DNA of 57,118 nucleotides, counting the filler, from Basidiobolus ranarum (lineage: Eukaryota): assembly GCA_040143965.1 (NCBI GenBank). It is 5 parts of 5 records of this genome, joined end to end, with 100 filler letters (N's around TTAATTAATTAA, not from the genome) between each part and the next. Parts side by side here need not be neighbours in the genome. Positions count along the whole stretch, not along the records: positions 11,484 to 22,828 come from JASJQH010007495.1; positions 22,929 to 34,265 come from JASJQH010007496.1; 3 more parts are not named here. One strand, 5' to 3'. Below the pieces are notes generated by a model. It worked only from the letters and a program-made list of their open reading frames with translations, was not told where the DNA came from and did not search any database. Both the position numbers and the translations under genes were made by a program. Of this stretch, positions 11,384 through 25,900 are shown one piece after another; positions within the stretch are counted from its first letter, which is position 1, and each line of letters begins with the position of its first letter.

Positions 11384-11483
11384 NNNNNNNNNNNNNNNNN
11401 NNNNNNNNNNNNNNNNNNNNNNNNNNNTTAATTAATTAANNNNNNNNNNNNNNNNNNNNNNNNNNNNNNNNNNNNNNNNNNNN
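11384..11483. other. Artificial contig linker (N44-TTAATTAATTAA-N44)
   Basis: 100-bp N run with a central stop-codon palindrome, identical to the other three linkers. Confidence 0.98.
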
Positions 11484-13200
11484 CTGCATCTGTCAACTAC
11501 ATCCATAAATCTGCAATGCATTTGTACTCTCTGTGATACGTACCCATACCCAAGAATCATACCCAGAATCAAAAGTGGGAGGGGACTATTCATCAGCTAA
11601 TATCTGCTGCATGATTTAAATAATGCACCTAACTATATTTGGGATATAAGTTCTGAAGGAAACCCGAGGCATAGTACCCAATCTATACTAACAGGACTAT
11701 TTGTGCTCGCAAACTGGTACATTTTATTCTTTGTTACAACCGATAGGACTTATCCATCTATCATTTCTCTTTTTAAATGTTGCTAATATACATTGAATAG
11801 CATCACCCTAGCTCGCCCCCTCAAAAGACCTAAGGCAGTTTTGTTAAAGTTTCGGCATCTTGTATTTCTCTTCACTCGCAATTTGGTAGTCCTGGTTTGG
11901 GGAGCAAGGAGATCCCATTAATGATGCGAAGTTCTCCCCAATGGCATAATAGATGACATGTGCATTCTGATTGGAGTATTTGACTAGCACTCACATTATA
12001 ATATTGGAATTCCTGTTCTGTTAGTTTCAGTCAAGTACATGAGTGTTGGCACTCTGAACTCTGTGTTCAACCATAATATAGTGAATCTATCGGTTCAAGT
12101 ATCTACGCCAGCAATTGCCGTTACCTACGTGTATATGAGCCCATATTACATTATACATACAGGTTTATTTTAAACTTGCTATATACGCTCCCTCTCGATA
12201 CTTGATGAATCCAACCATACTTAATTTCAATTTTTCTTTTGGTGCCACAAGTATACCACTACTAATATGAATCTAAACTGCTGTATTTGTCACATATATG
12301 GAATAAGCATTGTTATGAAGCCAGAGAACATAGGTGATCAGAGAAGGCTTTATCCTTGAGGATGGAAACAGGAATATTAAGGCCAAACTGTAGAAACATT
12401 TCCCGGGTTTCGTCAGAAACCGGTGACCAGTAAAGAATTAGATAGCTAGAAAAACTATAACATACTTTAGGGGAGTGTATAGAAAGCTGTTCATTGGTAT
12501 TGGTATTACATGACTTCAGAATTTGGTGACAGTAGTGGCACTTTGTGTCATACTATATGGACTAGCATTATAATTCTAACAATTATCTATAAGGTGTACA
12601 TGTGATAGTCTGTTAATTATGGAGTCTCTGGCATGTTTGAGCCCAAGTTAAGAAGCCACAACAATCATGTAAACTGGATCTGGTTGCTTATGAAAGTAGC
12701 AATAGTATCATCAGTGTCTTTAAATCATTTGGACTGTCTCTATTATTTATCTCTTCAAACTTTGCACAGTTCTACATGGCCCCCAGGACTCTCCCGTTTT
12801 CATTTTCCTCGTATTTGTTCCTACTAGTAAAATCTGACAAAGTGTTTTACATGTCTCCTCGATACAAGATACAAGTCTTGACCTCTACCATAATTACAGA
12901 ATTTTCTAGACACAACTCAGAAACATATATAGATGTTGATTGTCATCGATTGCTCAGAGGAAATCCCCAATTTCTAACCTGCCTTGCACATTTTCATCAT
13001 GTCTCTGTTACGACCACCACAGGAGTTTCTTGTACTCATCAATCAGGCACAGTTGGAATGGCATTTTTGGCATTCAATAGGTACTACATTTGTGTGCGCA
13101 CTTGATTACTCCAACCCCAGTGCAACATCGCTATTTTCTGATATAGCTACACGAATCCAATCATAATCCTCTCTGCCATCACATTCAGTCACTTGAGGAT
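11484..13200 (-). mobile_element. Possible highly degraded LINE (APE endonuclease plus RT) relic
   Basis: Broken minus-strand frames give LNVM (~13175), VQET (~13030), LLPKPG (~11900), DAETLTKL (~11850) and IDWVLCLGFPSELISQI (~11660), in the order expected for APE then RT motifs. Many stops. Confidence 0.35.
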
Positions 13201-14941
13201 GTTTTAATGAGATTACACCTTGGAAGAGATGGGATGGATCATACTGGGCGGTGGAATCCGTACTGATTGCAAACAATGTAGTATATATTTATTTTTGGTC
13301 TTGAAGGTAGGGTCTGGGGCAGTCAGATGACATAATGTTTCAAGCGTGTGCTTGAATTGTCAGATCCGAGAGGCACTGTTGACTTGCTAAGCATGAGTGG
13401 GTGCAAGTGGGTGCAGGTAGGTGAGTGACAAGAAACTCAGGTTAGACAATATATGAGGATGAATTGGATCTTGGAATGGGTGTTGCATAGGTTACCACTT
13501 CCAGAATTGTGATCATGAGATCTGCGGAGATCATGGGCGATAGTCAGGCTTGGAGTTCCAAATGGCCCATATGTAATCGCTAGTATTTATTTGCCACACA
13601 TTTCAGCATGTGATGCAGCTCGGCTTCAAATCTAGCTTCCTTATGATGCGTCTCAGTGATTGGATCTTAAACTGCTGTACATTGTATCCAAAGCATGTAA
13701 TTCACAACCTTACAACCGAACCGGAGAGAAACGCTGGGTTGGTTTACTGTTGACGATGATTCTTGTAAACCAATGTCGTTCCGATATAATACGACTTCTC
13801 CTCTGTAGAGCCTCTCATACCGCAAGCACTTCACTCTTTCTGTCAGTACCTCATTCAAATACTTCGCGTTGGGCCTGTTTAGAAATGTTTATGGACGCCG
13901 CAAATGGCCTTTCACAGCGTATTTCTTGTATTCCGTTTTTGGAAGTATCTTTGTGACCTATATTAGAATACAATGTCTATTTGGTCAATGCCAAATGCCA
14001 CTCCTATCACCTCCAAGGTTCTTTTGCGATTTGGCTCGTGCATAGTTGGAGAGGCTTGGCGTCTTGGACATATTGGTGCTATCGTTATCACTTAGATAAG
14101 CATCAATCGCTCAATACACTAGATTGCCGATCAGCAAGGCAATCGTAGATACGAAGTAGAGCGCCATGGATCAACGTGCGCATGCGCTGATTCAACAATA
14201 ACTCCAAAAGCCCTAGACATGTTAAATGTTAAATATGCTAAATACACTGAAAAGGCGGAATACGCCGAACGGAACCTATATGAGACTCAATTCCTTTATT
14301 GGATTGTAGCCCTCGATCCCTAGCCCCTTAATCCCTACTTTTAGGCACGAACCTGGCTGGCAAGTTAAACCCTAGTCATCAATACCGGTCAATAAATGCT
14401 ACATATTGTATTATCAAGGCAATTACTCTCGATCACGAGTCGAAAGCAATTTCAGGATTAGGTCAAGTTACTTCTAAATCCATCAATACTCTGAGTTTGG
14501 CAAGAATTTCATGAATCCATCTTTTCAATATCCTGAATTTCTCTTCTTTCTCGCAACCCCTAGCTTTATCTTCATAACCCTAGATACGTGTTTTCCTTCA
14601 ACCCTTTGGAAAACATATCTTCAAACTTTCAGTTTAATATATTTATCCAGACTTGGTAGTGAGACTTATCCCTCGCTCTTTCCCTGGAGTTTTTATCTTT
14701 GCTTGAAAGACAAGCTTTCATGTTATAAATACCCTCCTTTATCAGAAGTTATCACTGAAACAATTCTCTTCTGAATCTTTGAGGGTATTGACTACCCAGA
14801 TTTACTTCGTTCAATTTTGCTAAATTTTTAGAACTATTGTTAGATTTCATCTATAATTTCCTCCCTTATCAACCAAATAGTATATATATAGCTGTTAACC
14901 TTCTACCTGAAACGAAATACAGTTTTGTTAAGGAATACACT

Positions 14942-16827
14942 ATGGGAGCTGTTTGTTGCAAGGAAGAAGAAATCGATTTTACCACTGAAGGTGCTTTAAT
15001 ATTTTTTGTTCCTTCCCATACACCTCTAAAAACTAACCTTAATTGTAACCGGGTACTTTCACTTTAGTGGAGTTATATCACTTCAATTTACTACGTTCAG
15101 TTGGAAAAGGAGCTTTTGGCAAGGTATTTGAAAATGATATCTACTTTCTATGTACTTTTTTCGCTAACACATCCTTAGGTTCGAATTGTTCAACATAAGC
15201 GCACTAAGCAATTATACGCTTTGAAATATATCAACAAACAACGATGTGTTCGCATGAGAGGGGTGGAGAATATTCTTCAAGAACGACGTCTGCTTGAAGA
15301 GATTAACTCCCCTTTGATATGTAATCTTCGATATGCTTTTCAAGATGACGAAAATATGTTTATGGTGTTAGACTTAATGCTCGGTGGAGACCTTAGATTC
15401 CATCTAGATCGTCAAGGGCCAATGAAGGAAGAGGTGGTTCGTTTTTATGTCGCTGAAATTGCTTTAGGCTTACGTTATCTTCATTCCAAGCAGATTGTTC
15501 ATAGGTATAGTAGAATTGAATCGAACCTTGTTCTGAAATAGAGACTAAAAGCATTACTCTAGGGATTTGAAGCCAGATAATATTCTATTGGATGAAAAAG
15601 GTATATTTAATGAGGTCCCTTGTTTCCATTGCATAAGTAACTAATCACTCTACCATCAAAGGTCATGCTCACTTAACAGACTTCAATATTGCCGTTCAAT
15701 ATAAAGATAAACCCCTCAAATCAGTTGCTGGTTCTTTGGCGTATATGGGTATATATGCAAGTTAACATTCAAAAACATGAATTTTATACTAATCTTATTA
15801 TTCTACGAACAGCACCAGAAGTCTTGAGTAAAAAAGGGTACTTTGGAACTGTTGACTGGTGGAGTTTAGGGGTAGTTGCTTACGAGCTGCTTTTTGCTCA
15901 GGTATTGTAAGATTCATCAATCCGTTGATGGTTCCCATAAACTTATTTATTATTATCAGCGACCATTCCGTGCCAAGACCAACGATGCGTTAACGGCGGC
16001 GATTATGAACGAAGATTTAGTTTTCCCTACTAATGCGAAGGATTCCGTCACTGAAGAAGCTATAGACGCAATTCGTGGAGTATATACATTTACTATAGAA
16101 AATGAATATATATATATTAGAGTATTGACTTGTTTGACGGTTATATAGTTATGCGAACGAGATATTCGAAAGCGCTTAGGTTGTGGTGATGATGGATTCG
16201 AGAGACTCCAGAAACATCCGTGGTTTAAGGAGATGGATTGGGAGAAACTCTTAACCAAAGAAGCTCAACCACCATTTGAACCAGATGTATGTAAAGATGA
16301 ACGATTCATATTTGATAGTTTATTCAATCCAATACTTACTGTTTCTCAAGTCCAAGCATGCCAACTTCGACGCTACCCACGAGCTAGAGGAGTTGCTACT
16401 AGAAGACAACCCTCTTAAAGCACGTAAACGAAAGGACCCCTCCAAACGTACCAAACCACTCCCTAAAGAAATGCAGGCGATGGAGGAACGCTTCTTAATG
16501 TACGACTATACTTATCCTAAAGTGCAGCAACGTGTACTTAACCATGAGCGCAGTTATATGGATTTGACCGCACCAGACAAAACTGCCTTGGATGCTTTAA
16601 AAACAGTAGATACTGGTACTTTCGGAACACTTTCGCAAATCAGTGAATACACCTTATCTACAGAGTTCAGTAATATTCCTATACCGGTAGCTGGAGCTAA
16701 CCACAACGCACCTTCAAACAGTGCTTACAATACCAAAATGTACCATGATGAGATGCAACTACTACCGATCCCCTCTGCCAACCAAGACTCTATACCACAA
16801 ACTGTGACAAACAATACTCCAGCATAA
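14942..16827 (+). CDS. AGC-group YANK/STK32-like Ser/Thr protein kinase (multi-exon)
   Basis: MGAVCC N-terminus (predicted myristoylation/palmitoylation), GKGAFGK/VRIVQ, YALKY, LMLGGDLRFHL, HR/DLKPDNILL, TDFNIA, APE and NFDATHELEELLLEDNPL. Introns are GT-AG. Confidence 0.92.
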
Positions 16828-17916
16828 CTCCCGAAAGACATTCTCGGAACGAGCAAGTACGATTTCTAGATTTTTAGCTATTCAGGAAGTTTCTTAAATT
16901 TATATCACCAGTTCATTAATTTATGTACGTTTCTTAACACCCCTCCCACCACTCATTAATGTTAAACATTTACATATAATGGAATACAGCCAATTCATAT
17001 ACTTTCAAAAGGTATGGAGGTGGTCACCCATATCCTCCTAACTATATCATTCTTACTCATGATTCTTGTCTTCTTATCCTGAAGATTTACTGAATTCTAA
17101 TTGGAAACGCCCTCCTCTGCTTCCACATTAGTGGATGTCATATGTCAAAATTAATCACACCTCTCTTGAAAACAACTCAACCATTTCCTTTTGGAATTTT
17201 TACTATCTACCTTGAATGTTCGAATGAGAAACCTTTATTTCGATTCATATTGATTCCGAAACATTCGGCTTCATTTCCCTCCCTTTATTTTCAATTAATT
17301 GGCTTTTGTATTCTTCATTGATCATGATCACTTAATAAAATCTCACTGTACATACTTGTACAAAAATCCCATATCAAAGAATGAGTTAGTTTACCACCAT
17401 CCAATGACAGAGTAAGTAAGAGAGGACAAGGAAAGAAATATTCCCTTACTTCATCGAAGAAACGTGACCCTCCCTGATAGATCAGTGATAGAAATCTTTT
17501 GAATTCGATGAAGTTTCATAATAACTCAATAAAGTAATTATTCTTTTCCCTTTCTCGGAGATTATTTCATACTTGGTTGGACGGATGCTAATGGTTACTA
17601 GATATTTGTTATTAAGAATTCATATAAATGAAAATCAATACTTTTCTTTTTTTTATATAACATTGAGGATAATTTTACAGAGATAAGCTTCATTGAAATT
17701 TATAGGTTCGGTATATGAGTGCGTGTGTGCGAGAGAGAGCGCTTTCTGACATATTATAATGACATAAAAAGACAATGCTTCATGTCTTATATATGCAAGA
17801 TGAGTCAAGAGAAGAGGAGCTATGATAGTTAGCTAAAATTCCCACTCTGTTGGAAGACAAATCGGGAGCCTATTCATTACTATTCCAAGGAGATTGATAC
17901 TGGGCTATAGTTCATT

Positions 17917-20900
17917 CTAACGCTTCTCCTTCACAAACATTTGTAGACATATAAACGATAGAACGATAAAAACGCAGAACATCACCGAGAGTTTCACCAC
18001 GTCAGGCCAATAATTCGCCGCGTTAAATCCAAACGTAGATAGAATCGTGGCCCCAGGGATATCAATTTGCAAGCCATACTTTTTCTCGGTTAATTGAAGA
18101 TATTTCATCTCGTTGACAAGCATGGCTTCAAATGCGTAATTGAAAAATGAAAGATCCTTTAGCCATTGCAGGTATAGTGGAATAGAATCCTTATTCAATA
18201 GTAATCCACCAAATAACATACTGAATAACATCATAAGGCTACTCAACAGATTGGCTACCGAGATTTCCTGGAATAGAATTCCTAGGAATAGTGAAATACT
18301 TGCAGCGGTCAAGTTGAATAGCACAAGTACCAACAAAAATCTCAGGAAATGCTCCAATCCAGGCGCTAAGCCAACCATGTTATATATAATCACTCCAAGT
18401 AAAATCGGTGGGATGACTCGCAGTGGAACAATATCAAACATAACCTTGGAAGCGAAATAAGTTATAGGGGAGTAATAGCCATTGGCACGTTCTCGTACAA
18501 ATAAGATTCTTTCGCTAGCGAATACCTGCAATGAAGTCAGGCATCCAAATCCAAACAAAGCACATACAAAGAAAAATACTCCCATACGATTTTGGAATCC
18601 AGCGATATCATTAGTAACTTGATAGAACAAGAGACCACATAACACGGCCAAAAAAACACTGATCACATAATGGGTTAACATAAGATACGGATTTCTGTAC
18701 AGGTTCTTAAACGTACGATCTGACAAAATCCGATATTGTGTATACCAGGAGGAACGTCGGTAAGTTCCAATAGTATGTATTGGTGCGCCATCAATTTGAT
18801 TCAACCCAGCCAGTCGCTCAATCTCATCTGTAACACTGTGTGCCAAAACACTACGCTTGTATTCTCTAACCAGCATCAATAGATGACTGGACATTCCTTG
18901 GATTACCTCGGCACCTCTGGAAGTAGTGGCGGAACTTTGACTACCACCAGTCCAGGGACTCACCTCAGTTTGCCAAGGATTATTGGCTTCAGGTGGCGTT
19001 GAAATAGAAGGCAGATCATCGAAGGGGTTGACGGAGGATGTACGACGAGGGGAGTATAAAGAATCTTCTTGCATAATACGAATAGAGCGTCTACGATTAC
19101 TGTGAGAGGCTTCTGCTTCATCCAAATGATTGGAATTAGATAATCCAGGAATGAGTTCTTCATCCTCGAAATCTTCTTCTGGAGGTTTCACTGCATGCTT
19201 GCTCAAGTCAACTATAAAATCAGCGATATTGAAACCAAGGGGACAAGGATGACCAATATTCTCAAAATGAGAACGGGCTTTAGAAGCCATACCAGAGTAA
19301 ATCATCCACCCATCAGCCAAGAGAACCAATTGATCAAATAGAGTGAAGATATTACTACGTGGTTGATGAATGGTAAATATCACTGTTCTGTTGTAATTAC
19401 GAGCCAGTGTGACTAAGCATTCGATAACATTATAAGCATTGTAAGCATCTAAGCCAGAGGTAGGCTCGTCAAGGAAAAGAATAGATGGAGATGTAACAAG
19501 TTCACATGCGATAGAGACGCGACGTTTTTCACCACCAGAAATACCACGCGAACCCGAATCTCCAATGAAACTATCCTTAATTCCCAAAATACCCAATTCA
19601 GACATAGTTTCATATACACGATTCTTTTTAGCTTCTGCTGACATTTCACGTGGGAGTCGTAATAGAGCAGAGTAAAGAATGGTTTCATAAACTGTTAATG
19701 TAGGCATTAGAGTATCTTCTTGGTCAACATAACCAACTACTCTCTTAAATTGTGAATCACTGACTATTCTTCCATTGACGAAGATATCCCCAGTGACTAG
19801 CCCAGATTTATTCTTGCGTGCGAGAATGTCCAAGAATGTTGTTTTACCAGCGCCTGCTCAACATTTATTGAATTTGATGTATAATAGATACCGTTTAGTT
19901 GAGCATATTTGCTGCTTGTGATAAATAAATAAACTCTACCAGAAGCGCCCATGATAGCCATCACTTGGCCAGGCTTTACAATACCGTGTACATTGTTTAA
20001 AACCTGCTTCTTTCCAACAACGTAATTAACTCCTCTAAACATCAAGGCTGTTGGTGTATGATTATCCATCAGTTTACCAGCTTCATCATCCGGATTGTAC
20101 TGGCCAAGAAGTAAATAATCCCTAGAATTATCTTTGTTCTTTCGGACAAGATATATTGCACCTAAATAACAATTATTAAACAAAAGTGACAAAGCAAATA
20201 TCTAATAATATCACATACCAGCACCAACTCCAAGAATAAAAATCAACACAGAAGCAATTGAAATGATCATAAGAGATGTGTTTTTAGGTTTTTCAGGTCT
20301 CTGTAAGAGTTTCGGGATAATTACTTGATCTAAGATGTAAAATAGATACAGTAGAGATGCCAACTTACAATATATCCAGGAACCTGAGTATAATGTAGGC
20401 ACTCTCCAGAGTGACAATTCAAAGTAATGTAAGAATCACCGAATACCGACAAGATCAAGTCGTTCATTGCAGGTTCTAGCAAATAGTACAGAATTCAACA
20501 CTATGTCTACAATTACGAGATTATGATTGCCTGGTGTACCCTCAAATTTACACCCATCCTCAGTGTTACATTTGAAGGATGCAGGTCCTTTTATCTCTTC
20601 CTCCAAAAATTCAGAAATATCTAAATAAAGTTATAGGGATTCAGTTGATGTATACTTTCTTTGATGTGGCTGTTATATACATACCGATGGACCCTTCTTT
20701 ACCACAAAGCATCTCATTAGTCATACACTTGCAACGAATATTAGAACATGTATAATACGTTGCATTTCCATTGTAACTACGATCTAAAAAAGTGAGACGT
20801 TTTGAATCAGTTATCAATGAAATGGCATCCTGTTACTATCATAGATGTTCACCTTCACGAAATTCGCAATGATCGAGGGTACAATAAAATGATTCGATTT

Positions 20901-21833
20901 GATCGATCCAAACTTGTTGACACAATTATTCCTTTTAGTTTAGGTACAACTAATATTTAGTTCATTTCCCTTACATTGGAAGCCGCAGGTCTTTTCATTG
21001 GCATTACAGTTGAAAGTAACCTGAGGTGGTTGATCAGGCAGCATATCAATGATCTTTTTGTCTAAACATAAAGAATTGTATAAGTCAGAAATCACGTAAA
21101 TAAGCAATAAAGATACATACTGGTCACATCACAAACTTGATAATTGTTGAACACAACTAATCCACCCTTATAACAGGTTCCATTTTGTCCGGTGGGTACG
21201 AGGGCATTACACGCAAGATCAGATTCACATACTAAAATTAATTGTCAACAGACAGATTTCAAGTGTATACTTTAAATAATATCATGGGAATACATACTAT
21301 TACAGTTGATACCACCCCAGCCATCAGAACATTGACATTCCTTTCCTTGTCGTATTTTGCGATCTTGGCCCTCGGCCAAAGAGTTGCAAACTACACAATT
21401 TATTGGTTAACCTCTTCATCAATATGGCTGTATTCAATGCTAAAGGTGTACCTGGTTTAGAACAATTATCCCCACCAAAGCCTTCAGGACAGTTACAACG
21501 TCCGTTGTATTCATTACAGTCGGAGAATTGTGTACAAGTGTCTGACGGTAGTATACAGTTAAAACAAGGTGGACATTGATCTTCGACTAGTTGAAAAGGG
21601 TTGCGATTCTGATTCGTTGTTTGAGGTTTCTTAAGGAGTTGCAAGGGTTCCATAGGAATGTGTGCAGTTTTGACTGGCTTACTTCTCACAGATTTGTTTA
21701 TACCACGAGAAACAGGGATAGGTGAAAGAAATAAGCTCTCTTCATCAGTGAGTTGAAGCTTACGCGCGGACGTAGCTGAAAAAAGCGATGCCCCTAGTAA
21801 TAATATGGAGGGAAAAAGTAACATAAAGCGCAT
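17917..21833 (-). CDS. ADP1: ABCG half-transporter with EGF-like Cys-rich extracellular N-terminus (Adp1 type)
   Basis: Signal peptide, [19 protein letters not shown], Walker A GASG/AGKT, signature [12 protein letters not shown], Walker [12 protein letters not shown] and a C-terminal ABC2 membrane domain. Many short introns in the 5' half. Confidence 0.93.
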
Positions 21834-22243
21834 CAATCAGAACCAAAAAGCTTGATATAAAGAGGCTTTAGAAACGTAACCAAACTTTATGTTGACTTGG
21901 ACTATATAAAAGAAAGTAGGTAGAATAAGGATGATCTTTGCAACTGATTAGACTCGTTTGAGATCGTAACTCAGTATTTGTGAACCCTAAACCTTATACA
22001 GTGTTTTACTCTAAAATTAAAATTAGACGATTCACCTTTTCTTCTGGGACGTGTACAACACAAAAAAAGGGATGATTTGCTCTTATTTTTGAGACAAAAC
22101 CCGGTTCTTTTTCAGACATTATTTGTCATCGTTTAATCAAAATAATCTGCTATCAGTGATGTATTTAAGAAAAAGTTATAATAAAAGAAATGGCGTCAGT
22201 TCGTTTTTCTCTTCCTTTTCTTTATAGAACCACCTCTAAAGAT

Positions 22244-22545
22244 TATAGAGCAGTGGGCACTTTTGTTTATTAATCATATGCATATAGACAGAACGTCGTC
22301 ATTTATAATCATTAATTATATACCCATCACACTCTCATGTTGGCATTCATTCTTGTGCCTAAGCTACCAATCTTGTACCTTAGGCACAAATGAATGAATC
22401 AGTCAAATCCACCAAATCCAGCTGAGCTAAGCCACTACCTAAGCAAACGTAATAAAATGACTATGAGATAAATGAACAAAACAATTGTAGACAAATTGTG
22501 CAATTCATTGCTGTAACTCGTCATGTTTTTTGAGAGTATATGCTT
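22244..22545 (+). repeat. Dispersed repeat R2, copy 2, between two copies of a ~60-bp host segment
   Basis: Homologous to 2352-2640. The exact 22-bp GAACCACCTCTAAAGATTATAG occurs at 22227-22248 and 22611-22632. Confidence 0.85.
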
Positions 22546-22828
22546 AACAAACCTTTCTATCTGTAAACTAAAAAAGAGGTCAATTTGCTGTTTCTCTTCT
22601 TCTCTTTATGGAACCACCTCTAAAGATTATAGCAGCCAAAAGCTCAATCGCTGGTATTGGGTGGAAACCACGGTACGTTCCGCTTCTCAAATCACTCGTG
22701 GCTAATGTTCATATCCCTGTAACGCACACGTTCACCTTTTTGAAGTACATTTTTATTCAAGAATTGGAAAATGACCCTGCCTTTGCCCTGGAAAATTTTT
22801 CCAACGTTGATTTTTACAGAGAAGTCTT

Positions 22829-22928
22829 NNNNNNNNNNNNNNNNNNNNNNNNNNNNNNNNNNNNNNNNNNNNTTAATTAATTAANNNNNNNNNNNNNNNN
22901 NNNNNNNNNNNNNNNNNNNNNNNNNNNN
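22829..22928. other. Artificial contig linker
   Basis: N44-TTAATTAATTAA-N44. Confidence 0.98.
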
Positions 22929-25900
22929 CGTGATTAGTGGTTGGGACACTTCCTGAACTGGCCACACTTCCATATCTAAGCTTTGAGCATAATCATCCAA
23001 CATGGAACTCCATTGCATGAAAGACATCGACTTGTAACCGCATTCTTTTCCTTGAAGCAGTTGCTCAAGATCTTCCCAAATAATTCGCCACGAGACGAGA
23101 TCAATGACAAAATGATGCACAGTCATGAACAGCAACTGCTTTCCATCATTAAGGTCGTACAGTGATATTTGGAAGAGAGGGCCTGAGAAAAGATTGAGAC
23201 TACGTTGGAGTTGATTGATATTCTCTTTGAGTCCATCGATTGATTCAACCTTGGTGTGATGAATCTTATATTGTACTTGTTCGATCGGCAGTATTTTGAT
23301 TTGCCATTGATCTCCAGAATAGGCAAAACGACTGCGAAGTAATTCATGATGTTGAAGTAAGGATGAAATAGCCATATTTAAACTTTGTGTAGCTATAGAA
23401 TCTCTCAGCTTGAGCAACCAGGACTGATTGAAGTGATGTATATTTGACTGGGGAGTATCTAAGAAATGCTTTAGAATCGGTGTGAGACGAACTTCACCTT
23501 GTGAGATATGATGCGATTCCACAAGCTTAACATTGATCGGAGTGATCACTGATGCTTGTGCCCGAATGGTGGGATTCTGCATGATCTGCTTCACAGAAAG
23601 TGAAAATCCATTTTGGCGACTTGAAGATGATACACGAATGGCTGAAATCGAATCACCACCTAGCTGATAGAATGAATCGTCGATGCTAATACTAGACGCG
23701 GTAATATTCAGAATCTGTGACCAGATGCCTTGAATCATTTGCTCAATTGAAGTTAAAGAAGAGTCTTGTTCATTCACACCGCCATTTTGGACACTTATGA
23801 CTGCCTCTAGACTCAAAGTCCCAAAGAAAGTAGAAAGCCTTTTGCGATCGATCTTCCCACTTGTGTTGATTGGGATTGAGCCAAGGGGAACCCATATATT
23901 TGGCACCATATATGATGGGAGTCGCTTTCTCACAAGGCTCTTCAGCTCTTTCATGTGTACTGTGGCGATTTCCGCACTTGATCCAGACAATACTTCCAAA
24001 GTTTGGTTGTCATCGATGAAATCAGAGAACGCCAAAAACGCAACTAGTGACTTCCGATTTGTAGATTGGTCAGTGATTAAAGGAAGTACACAAGCTCTTG
24101 TTACTTTTGAGTGACCATAAAGAGCATGCTCTATCTCATCCAACTCAATTCGCAAACCATTAAGTTTGATTTGGTTGTCCTTCCGGCCAATCAGTTCCAC
24201 TGATCCGTCAGAGTTGAAGCGAGCTAAGTCACCAGTGCGGTATAATCGCTCATTATCATCAAGAGGATTCAGCACGAACGCTTTCTCCGTAAGATCGGGA
24301 CGATTAAGATAGCCACGAGCAAGTTGAGGACCACTTACGCACAGTTCACCAACGACTCCTATAGGGACTGGGTGCATATCCAAACCTAAAATATGTATCT
24401 TGTTACTCCCAATTGGTTTCCCGATATTACTGCACGAGACTTCTTCATATAAGTTGTGGTTCACTAAAATTGCAATCGCCGCTTCTGTAGGACCATATAC
24501 ATTGCTCAACTCTACTGTAGAGGCCCATGCACTCAGTATGGAGGAGGTTAGCATTTCCCCTCCAATCATTAAGCATTTTACAGAAGGAACGTGTTCAGGC
24601 TGTATAGTGCCTGCAATAGTAGTTGTCAACATCATGAATGTCACATTCATCTGATTGATGCAATCTTCAAGTCGGGATAGTAGATTTTCCTTTTCGGCGA
24701 TTGCGATACAAGCGCCGACTGCAAGTGTTCCAAAGATCTCGATAACAGATACATCGAAGGTATAATTGGCGAATTGCAAAACCGAATCATCTAAGGTCGG
24801 GTTCCATACCTCTTTGTGAGCATATATTGAGCTTACCACTGCTGAATGCTCCATCAATACACCTTTAGGAGTACCTGTAGAGCCAGAGGTATAAAGGACG
24901 TAACATAAGTTTGATGGGGTGAGTCCACTTACTTCAGGGTTACTAATTAATTTTTGTTGGATGGGCTCATCATCAATATCGAGAAGAACCAAGAGTTGGT
25001 TAGCATATGGTACCTTGTACCGGTCTAGTGTCACTACCAACTGAGCTTTGGTCTCATCGAGGATAAAAAGGTTCCGTTCCACTGGATTGTTTGGATCAAG
25101 CGGAACATAGGCTCCACCAGCTTTGAGAACGGCGAGCATTGCGACTATCATGGATACCGACTTGTCGAGACACAAAGTTACCATCGACTCAGGACGGGCA
25201 CCAAGCTCGATCAAATGGTGAGCTAACTGATTAGCCCTTCTGTTAAGCTCACCGTAAGTGACAGATTCTGAAGTCTCAAACTGTACTGCTATATTGTCGG
25301 GGTGAAGAGCTGCGTGCTCCTCCACTGTATGATGAAGGCATGTTTCATTTCTTTTCATGTAGCCCAATGGACAACTGAAAGATTCACGTGCTTGATTCGA
25401 ATCAATATTAGGAATCTCACATTTTGCATCGTAAACGAGTTGTGTATCGCTCAAATCATTATTGAACTTCTCTCCTTTAGTGCTCGATGCCAATCTTGTT
25501 GCAAAGGATTTGATTAAGCTCTTTTCAGCAAATGACATCTCTGGAATAGCAGTTACTTTGGTGTCGTGGTCCGCCATGATAATAGCATCGATTATACAAT
25601 TCAACCGGTCCAAGATGCAATTCGCTATCTCATGCGTTATTGTCTCATTGGCATAGTCTAGTCGTAAATACAGTTCCTCTGTTTCAGTCCAAGCATTGAG
25701 GCCTATCTTATATTCGGTGGGTTCTCTGATGCTTTCTGCTTCGAAAGTTCTCGGATGATTGACATCATCTTTACTATCTGACGACTGAAAGTTAAGAATC
25801 GCGTCAAACTCTAGTGAATCGTTATTGGATCTCGACCAGTGCTTAATCTTTCGCAAACTACAAGTTTCATAGGGTATTCTATCTATTGTCTGCTGGTGAA

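Noticed and set aside
11428-11439. TTAATTAATTAA palindrome as a biological site
   Set aside because: It is centred in identical N runs four times, so it is a stop-codon linker artifact. It also creates false ORF ends at 22880/22881 and 45750.
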